A DNA stretch of 64,000 nucleotides from Minisyncoccota bacterium (lineage in GTDB: Bacteria > Patescibacteriota > Minisyncoccia > Phycocordibacterales > CAIZLB01), in the NCBI GenBank assembly GCA_036405975.1, contig DASWWM010000034.1:4675-68674 (forward strand), written 5' to 3'. The translations under genes and the position numbers were made by a program. The notes below the pieces were generated by a model, which was not told the DNA's origin, ran no database searches, and saw only the letters and a list, made by a program, of their open reading frames with translations. The stretch's first letter is position 1; every line of letters starts with the position of its first letter. Below are positions 1-8,337 of the stretch, piece after piece.

Positions 1-2
1 AC

Positions 3-338
3 GTAACGCTTGCAGACGTTAAGCAAATCACAAAGGATTCAACAAAGCCCCAGAAAAGCATCTCCGTTAAGGATGTCGTTAAAGCCGTTTCAGCCTTCTA
101 CAACATAGAAGAGGAGAGCATCTACAATAAGACAAGGCGACAGGAAGTGGTTAAGCCGAGACAACTCACCATGTACATCCTTAGAGAGGATTACAATATC
201 TCATTCCCATCTATTGGACAGAAACTAGGGAACAGAGACCATACGACAGTCATGCATTCTTGTGAAAAGATCAGAAACGAACTCAAGAACAACCCTGACC
301 TGACTTCAGAATTGAACCAGATCCGATCCCTTATCTAA
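3..338 (+). CDS. dnaA: Chromosomal replication initiator DnaA, C-terminal domain IV (5' truncated by window edge)
   Basis: Frame is open from base 3; R..EVVKPRQLTMY...SFPSIGQKLGNRDHTTVMHS is the DnaA domain IV signature; lies upstream of DnaA boxes and dnaN. Confidence 0.96.
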   Translation, partial: VTLADVKQITKDSTKPQKSISVKDVVKAVSAFYNIEEESIYNKTRRQEVVKPRQLTMYILREDYNISFPSIGQKLGNRDHTTVMHSCEKIRNELKNNPDLTSELNQIRSLI

Positions 339-648
339 TAAGACGTCTTTTTGTGTCTTATACACAATGTTAATAACCCTGTGGATAACTAGTGAACACT
401 GTGGAGAAAAACGTTGATAACTTGTGGGAATAAGCGTGGATTGCCACCACCCAACATGTGCAAAACTTGTCACTTATCCACAAAGCTCGAGTTATCCACT
501 TTCCCCATCCCCGACAGTTCCCCAGTATCCACAAAATTGAGTTGCGGAAGCAGCCTTTACCAGACAGGAGATTTGACACTTATACACATATCCACCGTGC
601 TAATAATAGTAATAACTTTTTTATTAAAAATAAGATAAGATACAGGCT
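339..648. promoter_or_regulatory. Replication origin oriC (DnaA boxes, DnaA-trios, AT-rich unwinding element)
   Basis: Boxes TTATACACA 358-366, TGTGGATAA 380-388, TGTGGAGAA 400-408, TTATCCACA 474-482, TTATCCACT 492-500, GTATCCACA 525-533, TTATACACA 580-588, ATATCCACC 588-596; then TAATAATAGTAATAA 601-615 and an AT-rich tract; between dnaA and dnaN. Confidence 0.93.
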
Positions 649-1755
649 ATGAAGATCGAGAGCCTTAAGGAAAAACTCTTAAACGGCATACAGAAAGCGG
701 AGAAGGTCACTTCCAAGAACACCTCGCTCCCTGTCCTTAAATGCGTCCTATTGGAGGCGTCTAAAGGAAGTCTCATAGTTCGATCTACCAACCTGGATGT
801 TGGCCTTGAGATCACTGTCCCGGTTAAGCTGGAGACTGAGGGTATCCTTGCTGTGCCTGGCGGCATTGCGGCGAGCGTCCTTGCCCAGCTGCCTTCAGAC
901 AAGTCCATCACTCTTGAGTCCAAAGACGGCAGTCTTCTCATTTCCTCTGCAAAGAACAGCACTCTTATCAAGGCATTTCCGGCTGATGACTACCCGTCCA
1001 TACCGAAAGTTGACGAAGATGCTGCTAAAAGCTTCAAAATTGCCTCAGGAGCGCTTGTTTCGGGTCTGAAGGCTGTTTGGTATAGCTCGGCAAATTCAAA
1101 CATCAAGCCCGAGCTTTCAAGCGTTCGGATGTATCCCGTCGGAGACGAGCTTGTATTTGTTGCCACTGACGGTTTCCGGCTCGCAGAGAAAAGGGTTCCC
1201 GTGAAAGGCCTGCCTGAATTTACACATGTCCTTATTCCTGTCCGAAATGCATCTGAGATCATAAGGATCTTTGACGGACTTGATGAAGAGATCGAAGTCT
1301 TGATTGATGACAACCAGATTGCCGTTAAGTCAGACCACATCTATCTCGTATCAAGGACTATCGAAGGCAATTTCCCTGACTATAAAGCGATCATTCCTAA
1401 GGAGTTTGCGACAGAGGCAGTTGTCCTTAAGCAGGATTTCGTAAATAGCCTTAAGGTCAGCACTATTTTCAGTGATGCATATTTCCATGTGAAGTTTCAG
1501 ATCAAGCCGGGTGACAAGAAATTCGAGATGGTTACCAGGAACTCTGATATCGGGGAAAGCCTTACGGAGCTTCCGGCGGCACTTACTGGCCAGGATCTCG
1601 ATATGAACTTCAATTACCGGTATATCAATGACTGTATCTCCGTCCTTTCAACTGACAGCATGACTTTTGCTTTCGGGGGAGCGAACCGGCCCCTCGTCAT
1701 AAAGCCTGTAAGTGACGCATCTTTCCTGTACTTGGTGATGCCGATGAATAAGTAA
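649..1755 (+). CDS. dnaN: DNA polymerase III beta sliding clamp
   Basis: 368 aa; ATDGFRLA, GNFPDY, YLVMPM motifs; follows oriC. Confidence 0.97.
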   Translation: MKIESLKEKLLNGIQKAEKVTSKNTSLPVLKCVLLEASKGSLIVRSTNLDVGLEITVPVKLETEGILAVPGGIAASVLAQLPSDKSITLESKDGSLLISSAKNSTLIKAFPADDYPSIPKVDEDAAKSFKIASGALVSGLKAVWYSSANSNIKPELSSVRMYPVGDELVFVATDGFRLAEKRVPVKGLPEFTHVLIPVRNASEIIRIFDGLDEEIEVLIDDNQIAVKSDHIYLVSRTIEGNFPDYKAIIPKEFATEAVVLKQDFVNSLKVSTIFSDAYFHVKFQIKPGDKKFEMVTRNSDIGESLTELPAALTGQDLDMNFNYRYINDCISVLSTDSMTFAFGGANRPLVIKPVSDASFLYLVMPMNK

Positions 1756-1759
1756 AAAA

Positions 1760-2020
1760 ATGCAGAACCTGGCCGAACTGTTGGCGCGGTTTCAGCGGAT
1801 CGAGAACCCTGCCGAAATAAAGAAGAAGATAACAACAGTTGTCGAAGGCGTCGTGTCATTCAAGATCGCTGAGGGGTCTGTTAAGGTCAGCGAAGGGAAA
1901 GTGTATATTAAGGCTCATCCTGTACAAAAAAACCTCATCTTCGTTAAGAAGGATGAGGTTTTATCTGCGATCAATTCAAATTTTCCCAGCCAGAGGGTCG
2001 ATTCGGTTGTTTTTCTCTAA
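1760..2020 (+). CDS. Small protein, probable DciA/DUF721-like helicase loader
   Basis: 86 aa, 4 nt after dnaN; pattern (GKVYIKA..P..K..I..KK.E.L..IN) resembles the DUF721 KH-like fold. Confidence 0.5.
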   Translation: MQNLAELLARFQRIENPAEIKKKITTVVEGVVSFKIAEGSVKVSEGKVYIKAHPVQKNLIFVKKDEVLSAINSNFPSQRVDSVVFL

Positions 2021-2026
2021 CCCTTT

Positions 2027-4510
2027 TTACTTTACCGAGAAGAAGGCTTTCGCTTCCAGGGTTTTTCCTATCTGGTCAGTGAGTACGGCCTTGAGTTCGT
2101 TTTCATCCTCTATTCCCTGTACTGCGGCCGGGATGAATGAGAATGAGAAGGGTGCTTCCGTTGATCTTCCGATGAGCCTCTCGTTTATATAGTATTCAAC
2201 TTGTGTCGGCTGACCTGTCGCACCGTCCACTGAGATTACAACCCTGTCTCCTCTGTTAAGCGCTGAGCTTGGTGCTGGGGATGTGATCCTGAACCCTCCC
2301 GTTCCTGGCTGGTCTATGGGGTTCACTCCTATGAGGCCTATTGCCTGAGCCGTTCCAGACCAGTTCAGGACTCCGGCTTCAAAGTTCCTGAAAAGAGGGT
2401 CGTTTGAGCCATTTCCCGGAGCATCTCCTTGCGGATTATTCCTGTTTATCCAATAGAGTTCTGAATGTACTTCGTTTCCCGGGCCTTTCCATACGCCTCT
2501 AAGGAACGGCTTTGTGCTGCTTGATGTCGGTTCTGGTTCCGAGAATTTTTCATCAGGCAGTCTTGAGAGTGCAAAATCCATGAATTCTTTCCAAAGAGGG
2601 CCGACGATTCGGGCTGATGCCTGTTGGGCCATCGGTGTATTGTTGTTATTACCCATCCATGCTCCGATCGAGATGCTTGGTGTGTATCCGAGCATCCATG
2701 CGTCTCGGGAGCTGTTCGTTGTTCCTGTCTTGATGCCAACCTGCCTGTCTCCGAAGTATCTTGAGCCGAAAAGCGGTGCTCTAGCGTACTGGTCTGCAAG
2801 AACGTCGTTCATGAGCTGTGCGGTTCTTTGTGAGATAACCTGGTTCGTTGATGTTGAGTACGTCTCAAGCTCGACCCCTTGGTTTGTCGTGATGTTCAAT
2901 ACTGCCGTCGGTCGTGCCCTCAGTCCTTCGTTCGCGAACACTCCGTATGCTGAGGTCATGTCGAGAAGCGATACTTCGCCGCCTCCAAGAGCGAGGGATA
3001 GACCGTATTGGCTTGCCGAAGAAAGATTCTGTACGCCCATGCTCTCCGCGAGCTTTATGGACTCATTGATTCCGACAACATGGAGCATTCGAACCGCTGG
3101 GAGGTTTCTTGATTCCGCAAGCGCTGATCTGATGCTCATGAGCCCTTTGAAACCTCCTTCGTAGTTCTGGGGGTTGTAGCACTTTGCGCTCGGCGAAGAT
3201 GCGATCGGTTGTCCGTTAGTCCCACATGATGCATTGAATTCAGTCGGAACGTCATATACAGGTGATTCCGGAAGGAATCCCTTGCTGAAGGCTGTCGCGT
3301 ATACGAATGGCTTGAAGGCAGATCCTGGCTGCCTTCGCGCGGTCGTTACATTGAAGTTTCCTTCGATGTCCGTATCGAAATAATCCCTTGATCCGACCAT
3401 TGCGAGAATCTGTCCTGTTCGCGGGTCAGTTGCGACCACGGCTGCATTGGATGCTTTGTACCTTGTCTCATTTGCATCGACGTATCTTTTCGTTATTTCT
3501 TCGGCCTTCTGCTGCAATTCCCAATCAAGGCTAGTTATAACGCTGAAACCGCCTGATTCAAGAAGTTTTTCGCCGTATTTCTGTACGAGGTATTCCCGTA
3601 CGTACATGACAAAGTGAGGCGCCTTGATTCCGGCTACGGACTTAGGCTGGAATACGACTTCCTCCTTAAGTGCCTCCGTGTATTCTGTCTCGGAGATCAT
3701 CCTGTTTTCGTACATTTTCTTAAGCACGAGGTTCTTTCGTTCAACGAGAAGGTTCTTGTTTTTTCCATATGGGGAATAGAGAGAAGGAGCCTGTGGCAAA
3801 GCCGCGATGTATGCTGCTTCTGCAAGCGTTACGTCTGAAGCCTTCTTGGCAAAGAAGAGCTGGGTTGCCTCCTCAACTCCGTAGATGTTTCCTCCGTATG
3901 GCGAGTCGTTGAGGTATAAGTTCAGGATCTGGTCCTTGTCAGTTGACTGCTCAAGCTTGAGGGCGAGGATCCACTCCTTGAGTTTTCGCGAGATATCCTT
4001 GTCCCTGGTCAGTAGAGAGTTCTTCACAACTTGCTGAGTGATGGTCGATCCTCCTTGGCTGAACTTGAGTGTCGTGATGTTTGCAATGACCGCTCGGATG
4101 ATCGATGTCGGCTTGATTCCGTTATGGCTATAGAAGTCGATATCCTCAATGGCGATTGTCGCTTTTTTGATATGAGGGGAGACCGCTTCGAATGGGACGA
4201 TCGTTCGTCGGACTTTCTGGCTTAGGTCGTAGAGGAGAACAGTACCTGTTCGGTCGTAGATCTTCGCTGATTGTCCAAGGAGCCTGTCGTCAAACGACTG
4301 GAGATCAGGTGTCTTGAGGCTTGCGGCCCAAAGAATGAATGCTGTGGCAACCAGAATGATTAGGATGGTCATTCCAAGGATGATATCCCTGATAATGTGT
4401 TTCTTCGGCTTGTTCTTCGTAACTTTCTTGAAAAAGCTCTGGAATTTCCATTCGACGAGCGAGATTCCGCGGTCTAATAATTTAAAAAAACCGGTAATTT
4501 TTTTCTTCAT
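2027..4510 (-). CDS. Class A penicillin-binding protein (PBP1A family) with C-terminal Ig-like domain
   Basis: N-terminal TM; transglycosylase EDxxFYxH and GGSTITQQ; transpeptidase SAFK, SRN, KTG. Confidence 0.95.
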   Translation of the reverse strand: MKKKITGFFKLLDRGISLVEWKFQSFFKKVTKNKPKKHIIRDIILGMTILIILVATAFILWAASLKTPDLQSFDDRLLGQSAKIYDRTGTVLLYDLSQKVRRTIVPFEAVSPHIKKATIAIEDIDFYSHNGIKPTSIIRAVIANITTLKFSQGGSTITQQVVKNSLLTRDKDISRKLKEWILALKLEQSTDKDQILNLYLNDSPYGGNIYGVEEATQLFFAKKASDVTLAEAAYIAALPQAPSLYSPYGKNKNLLVERKNLVLKKMYENRMISETEYTEALKEEVVFQPKSVAGIKAPHFVMYVREYLVQKYGEKLLESGGFSVITSLDWELQQKAEEITKRYVDANETRYKASNAAVVATDPRTGQILAMVGSRDYFDTDIEGNFNVTTARRQPGSAFKPFVYATAFSKGFLPESPVYDVPTEFNASCGTNGQPIASSPSAKCYNPQNYEGGFKGLMSIRSALAESRNLPAVRMLHVVGINESIKLAESMGVQNLSSASQYGLSLALGGGEVSLLDMTSAYGVFANEGLRARPTAVLNITTNQGVELETYSTSTNQVISQRTAQLMNDVLADQYARAPLFGSRYFGDRQVGIKTGTTNSSRDAWMLGYTPSISIGAWMGNNNNTPMAQQASARIVGPLWKEFMDFALSRLPDEKFSEPEPTSSSTKPFLRGVWKGPGNEVHSELYWINRNNPQGDAPGNGSNDPLFRNFEAGVLNWSGTAQAIGLIGVNPIDQPGTGGFRITSPAPSSALNRGDRVVISVDGATGQPTQVEYYINERLIGRSTEAPFSFSFIPAAVQGIEDENELKAVLTDQIGKTLEAKAFFSVK

Positions 4511-4595
4511 ATGTGGTTATTTATTTTTTCAAGAACGTTGAGAAAATAGTAGTGTTAGGATACCAAAAACAGCTGGAATATGCTAGATTATTTTC

Positions 4596-5828
4596 ATGAT
4601 TAAAATCCTCTCAGGAAAAGAAAATAAGCCACAAAATAATGAAGAATTGGTGAATTCGCTCTTCAGCCGAAGTGTCCAGGAAGTCCTCCCTTCAAAAGAT
4701 CTTCTTTCGTCAAAAATGGCTGGAAAAAAACTTCGAGTTTATGCGGGTATCGATCCTACTGGCCCAACTCTTCACCTCGGTCATGTGATCGTTTTGAAGA
4801 AGTTGGCGCAATTCCAGGCTCTGGGTCATGAAACCATCCTCCTCATAGGTGATTTTACGGCAATGATTGGCGATCCTACAGACAAGGCGTCTGTTCGAAA
4901 GGCACTCACTGAAGCGGAGGTAAAGAAGAATCTCAAGCTGTACATCAAGCAGGCCGGCAGATTCATAAACTTCACGGGAAGGAACAAGGCGAAGGTTGTA
5001 TACAACTCGAAGTGGCTCAAAGGGATGAATATGAAGAATGTCCTTGAGCTCACATCGCTCATGACGGTTGATCAGATGATGAAACGCGACATGTTCGCGA
5101 CTCGTTCCGAAGAGGGAAAACCCATCTACATGCATGAATTCATGTACCCACTCCTTCAGGGGTATGACAGCGTAGCGCTCGATGCAGACGTTGAGATAGG
5201 CGGCAATGATCAGATGTTTAATATGATGGTTGGTCGGGATTTCCAGAAAAGACTCCAGAACAAGGAAAAGGTATGCATAACAGTCAAGCTCCTTGCGGAT
5301 GCTACAGGCAAGAAGATGGGCAAGTCTGAAGGCAATATGGCATCGCTTCTTGATTCGAACTTCGAGATGTTCGGCAAGGTTATGAGCTGGACTGACGGCA
5401 TGATGGAAAGCGGTTTCGAGCTCTGCACGAATCTCTCGTCCGAAGAACTTGAGTCTGTCCGGTTGGAACTCAAAGATCCTTCAGTCAACCCTCGAGATAT
5501 GAAGGTTCGGCTGGCATACGAAGTTGTATCCATGTGCTTCGGTGAAGAGAGTGCTATTACGGCAAAGGAAAATTTCATACGAACTTTTTCAAACAATGAA
5601 GTTCCTCAGAATATTGAGGAAATAGGCGTTCGTTTTGAAACTCCGCTCGGCCTCATCCTTCAGAATCAAGGACTTGTTGCTTCAGCTGGAGAGTTCAAGA
5701 GGCTTGTTAAGGAAGGCGCAGTCTCAACCATGGAGGGTGAGAAAATAACAGACTTCAACTACCAAGTCACCAAACCTGTCGTGGTTAAAGTGGGGAAGAG
5801 AAGGTTCCTGGACATCAAGATTCACTAG
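4596..5828 (+). CDS. tyrS: Tyrosine--tRNA ligase
   Basis: GIDPTGPTLHLGH, YPLLQGYD, GGNDQ, KMGKS; C-terminal S4-like domain. Confidence 0.97.
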   Translation: MIKILSGKENKPQNNEELVNSLFSRSVQEVLPSKDLLSSKMAGKKLRVYAGIDPTGPTLHLGHVIVLKKLAQFQALGHETILLIGDFTAMIGDPTDKASVRKALTEAEVKKNLKLYIKQAGRFINFTGRNKAKVVYNSKWLKGMNMKNVLELTSLMTVDQMMKRDMFATRSEEGKPIYMHEFMYPLLQGYDSVALDADVEIGGNDQMFNMMVGRDFQKRLQNKEKVCITVKLLADATGKKMGKSEGNMASLLDSNFEMFGKVMSWTDGMMESGFELCTNLSSEELESVRLELKDPSVNPRDMKVRLAYEVVSMCFGEESAITAKENFIRTFSNNEVPQNIEEIGVRFETPLGLILQNQGLVASAGEFKRLVKEGAVSTMEGEKITDFNYQVTKPVVVKVGKRRFLDIKIH

Positions 5829-5874
5829 TCGTCGGTCCTATTCAGGGAAACTGAACTGCATGAAGGGAAAAAAG

Positions 5875-5906
5875 AAAAAGCCGCCTCAGATCGAAGCGGC
5901 TTTTTT
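5875..5906. terminator. Bidirectional intrinsic terminator
   Basis: AAAAAGCCGC...GCGGCTTTTT between convergent genes. Confidence 0.7.
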
Positions 5907-5914
5907 GTCTGCGG

Positions 5915-6229
5915 CTAGTATGACTCCCCCTCGTCTCCTTCCTCTGTAAATCCGTCCATCTCGTCCTCATCCTCTTCGAGACCTTCGTCGTCTCCTCCGA
6001 ATCCGTGAGGCGCACCCATTCCAAAAATGTCTCCGTCATCTGCTCGTGAATGCGAATTGAATGTCGCTTCATGCATGTCCTCTATGTCGCCTCCCGCATC
6101 GTCGTCGAGTGTGGATACGGGTGATCCGATCGCGAAGTCAGGATCAGCATCCGCTTCACCTTCGTGAATCTCAGGCTCTCCTTCGGGCTGGTCTTTCATT
6201 TCATCTTCGTTTTCGTCGTGGTCAGTCAT
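5915..6229 (-). CDS. Hypothetical highly acidic protein
   Basis: 104 aa, about 40 D/E and only 2 K/R; fills the gap ahead of the terminator. Confidence 0.7.
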   Translation of the reverse strand: MTDHDENEDEMKDQPEGEPEIHEGEADADPDFAIGSPVSTLDDDAGGDIEDMHEATFNSHSRADDGDIFGMGAPHGFGGDDEGLEEDEDEMDGFTEEGDEGESY

Positions 6230-6334
6230 GGATGCGTTTCAATTTCGTTATTTTGTATATGGTCATATATGTAACATATGCAAAAAAATATGCAACTGTG
6301 AATAAATGAAGTTCATAGCCGTCATATGGAAAAT

Positions 6335-6811
6335 TTAGATTCTTTCGTATGCGAAGAATGCGAGTCCTATCGCAATTGCGTCATATTCGTCATCGAGTGC
6401 CTTTTTCTTCATATCCTTGATGAGCAAAGTGATCATTTTGATGACCTGATCCTTCGTGCTCCTTCCATCGCCTGTCACGGCAAGCTTTATTTGAAGCGGG
6501 TTGTACTCCTTTACGATGAGTCTGTATTTCTTGGCAATATACAAAAGCATCCCTCGGACTTCGGCGACTCTCATGGCCGTTTTCTGATTATTTGAAATGA
6601 ATAGATTTTCAATGGAGAGTGCTGCGGGGGAATGTTCCTGGATCAATGACTCAACTTTCGCTCCCAGGTCGTATAGCCTGTCTTCAAAGGGCGTTCCTGC
6701 CGGTGTCCTGAAACAGTCCGAAAATACAAGCCTTTCCTTCTGCCCTTTTTCTTTGTTTATTATCGCCACTCCAAGCCGTTCGTAACCCGGGTCAATTGAG
6801 ATAATCTTCAT
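6335..6811 (-). CDS. ruvC: Holliday junction resolvase RuvC
   Basis: ISIDPG, ENLF, DDEYDAIAIG. Confidence 0.95.
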   Translation of the reverse strand: MKIISIDPGYERLGVAIINKEKGQKERLVFSDCFRTPAGTPFEDRLYDLGAKVESLIQEHSPAALSIENLFISNNQKTAMRVAEVRGMLLYIAKKYRLIVKEYNPLQIKLAVTGDGRSTKDQVIKMITLLIKDMKKKALDDEYDAIAIGLAFFAYERI

Positions 6812-6871
6812 GCGAAATCAGTATAACACCCCTTTCAGGCATTCATCTCGGCAGGCATGGTGCATTCAGGC

Positions 6872-7909
6872 CTACTCAAGGGCCATTTTCTTGTCATCAG
6901 GGTATTCGACACCCATATGCGCATAGCCGAGCTCTGTAACCACTCGCCCTCGCGGCGTTCGCTCGATGAATCCGAGCTGTATAAGGTAGGGCTCATTGAA
7001 CTCCTCAATGGTCGCCTGATCCTCAGAAAGGGAAGCGGCAATGGTATTGAGTCCTACCGGGCCTCCATTGTACTTCTGCACGAGCGTTTCGAGGATGACT
7101 CGGTCTGAATGCGTAAGTCCCTTGCTGTCGATGCCTATGAGCTTCAAGGCCTCCATTACGGACTCTTTTGTAAGCTTTGTTTTTTGGATCTGGGCATAAT
7201 CACGGCATCTCTTGAGGAGATAGTTTGCCGTTCGCGGAGTCCTTCGGCTTCTTCGGGCTATTTCCTGAAAGCCTTCCTCCTCGGCTTCGACGCCAAGGAT
7301 CTTTGATGAGCGCTTGATGATTTCTTCGATTTCGTCTTCTGTATAAAATTCAAGCCTGAAGACGCCTCCTGAGAAGCGTGATCGGAGCGGCGACGACACC
7401 ATCGCGATGCGAGTCGTCGCAGCAATGAGCGTAAACGGAGGGAGGTCGAGCTGGATGCTTCGAGCTGAGGGTCCTTTACCAATGATAATGTCTATCTGTC
7501 CTGACTCCATTGCAGGATAAAGGACTTCCTCGACTGTCTTATTGAGTCTGTGGATCTCATCAATGAAAAGAATGTCGCCTGGGGATAGGTTTGTGAGCAC
7601 TGATGCAAGGTCACCAACCCGTTCGATGGCGGGACCTGACGTAACCTTCATCTGAACGCCTGTCTCTTTGGCGATGAGATGTGCTAACGTGGTTTTACCA
7701 AGACCTGGCGGTCCGTAAAAGAGGATGTGCTCGGGAGGGTGATTTCTTTCCTTTGCAGCAGTCAAAAGGATATGGAGATTGTCCTTTATATTCTTCTGTC
7801 CTATATAGTCGTTGAACTTCGACGGCCTTAATGTCTGGTCCAAAGAAAGGTCGCCTGTGGTTTCGAGCTGGTCACCTTGGTCTGAATAAATAGAGTTATT
7901 TTCAGCCAT
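6872..7909 (-). CDS. ruvB: Holliday junction branch-migration ATPase RuvB (start 7909 or 7939)
   Basis: LRP, GPPGLGKTTLA, FIDEIHRL, RTPRGR. Confidence 0.97.
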   Translation of the reverse strand: MAENNSIYSDQGDQLETTGDLSLDQTLRPSKFNDYIGQKNIKDNLHILLTAAKERNHPPEHILFYGPPGLGKTTLAHLIAKETGVQMKVTSGPAIERVGDLASVLTNLSPGDILFIDEIHRLNKTVEEVLYPAMESGQIDIIIGKGPSARSIQLDLPPFTLIAATTRIAMVSSPLRSRFSGGVFRLEFYTEDEIEEIIKRSSKILGVEAEEEGFQEIARRSRRTPRTANYLLKRCRDYAQIQKTKLTKESVMEALKLIGIDSKGLTHSDRVILETLVQKYNGGPVGLNTIAASLSEDQATIEEFNEPYLIQLGFIERTPRGRVVTELGYAHMGVEYPDDKKMALE

Positions 7910-7966
7910 ATCATCTGGTTCTAGGGAAGTGCTTGACATAAAAAAGATTTATGCTATGATGTATAT

Positions 7967-8275
7967 CAGAATCGCATTCAAAGGAATCCCGGCGGAATAC
8001 ATCCAGTATGTACGAAGCGCGGAAATTCCGAGTAGCTGCGATCATCTCTTTCTAAGAATACTCAAAATATTGAGTCTCCTTACAAAAAGGTTCGGCTGAA
8101 ACAGCCCCTTAAATCTCTAAGCAATAGAAATTGTAAAATTTCAATCGGTTTTTCTCGAAGGACGCTTTGGTGCGAGCTCCTATGCCACGTTCCTGGGGCT
8201 ATCCTTAGAGAACTGTCGGGCTTTCGATCTCAGGATTGAAAGCATTGCTTAGAGATTTAAGGGGCTGTTTTTTTA
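7967..8275 (+). ncRNA. Candidate structured non-coding RNA (unassigned)
   Basis: Sigma70-like promoter TTGACA-N16-TATGAT (7933-7960); nested stems 7973-8042; 27-bp perfect inverted repeat 8099-8125/8244-8270 ending in a T run; no credible ORF. Confidence 0.5.
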
Positions 8276-8337
8276 TTTCCCGGATATCAAGTTACTCATT
8301 AAGAATAAGCGTCCGGGGCAGTGAAGTCAATTGACAT

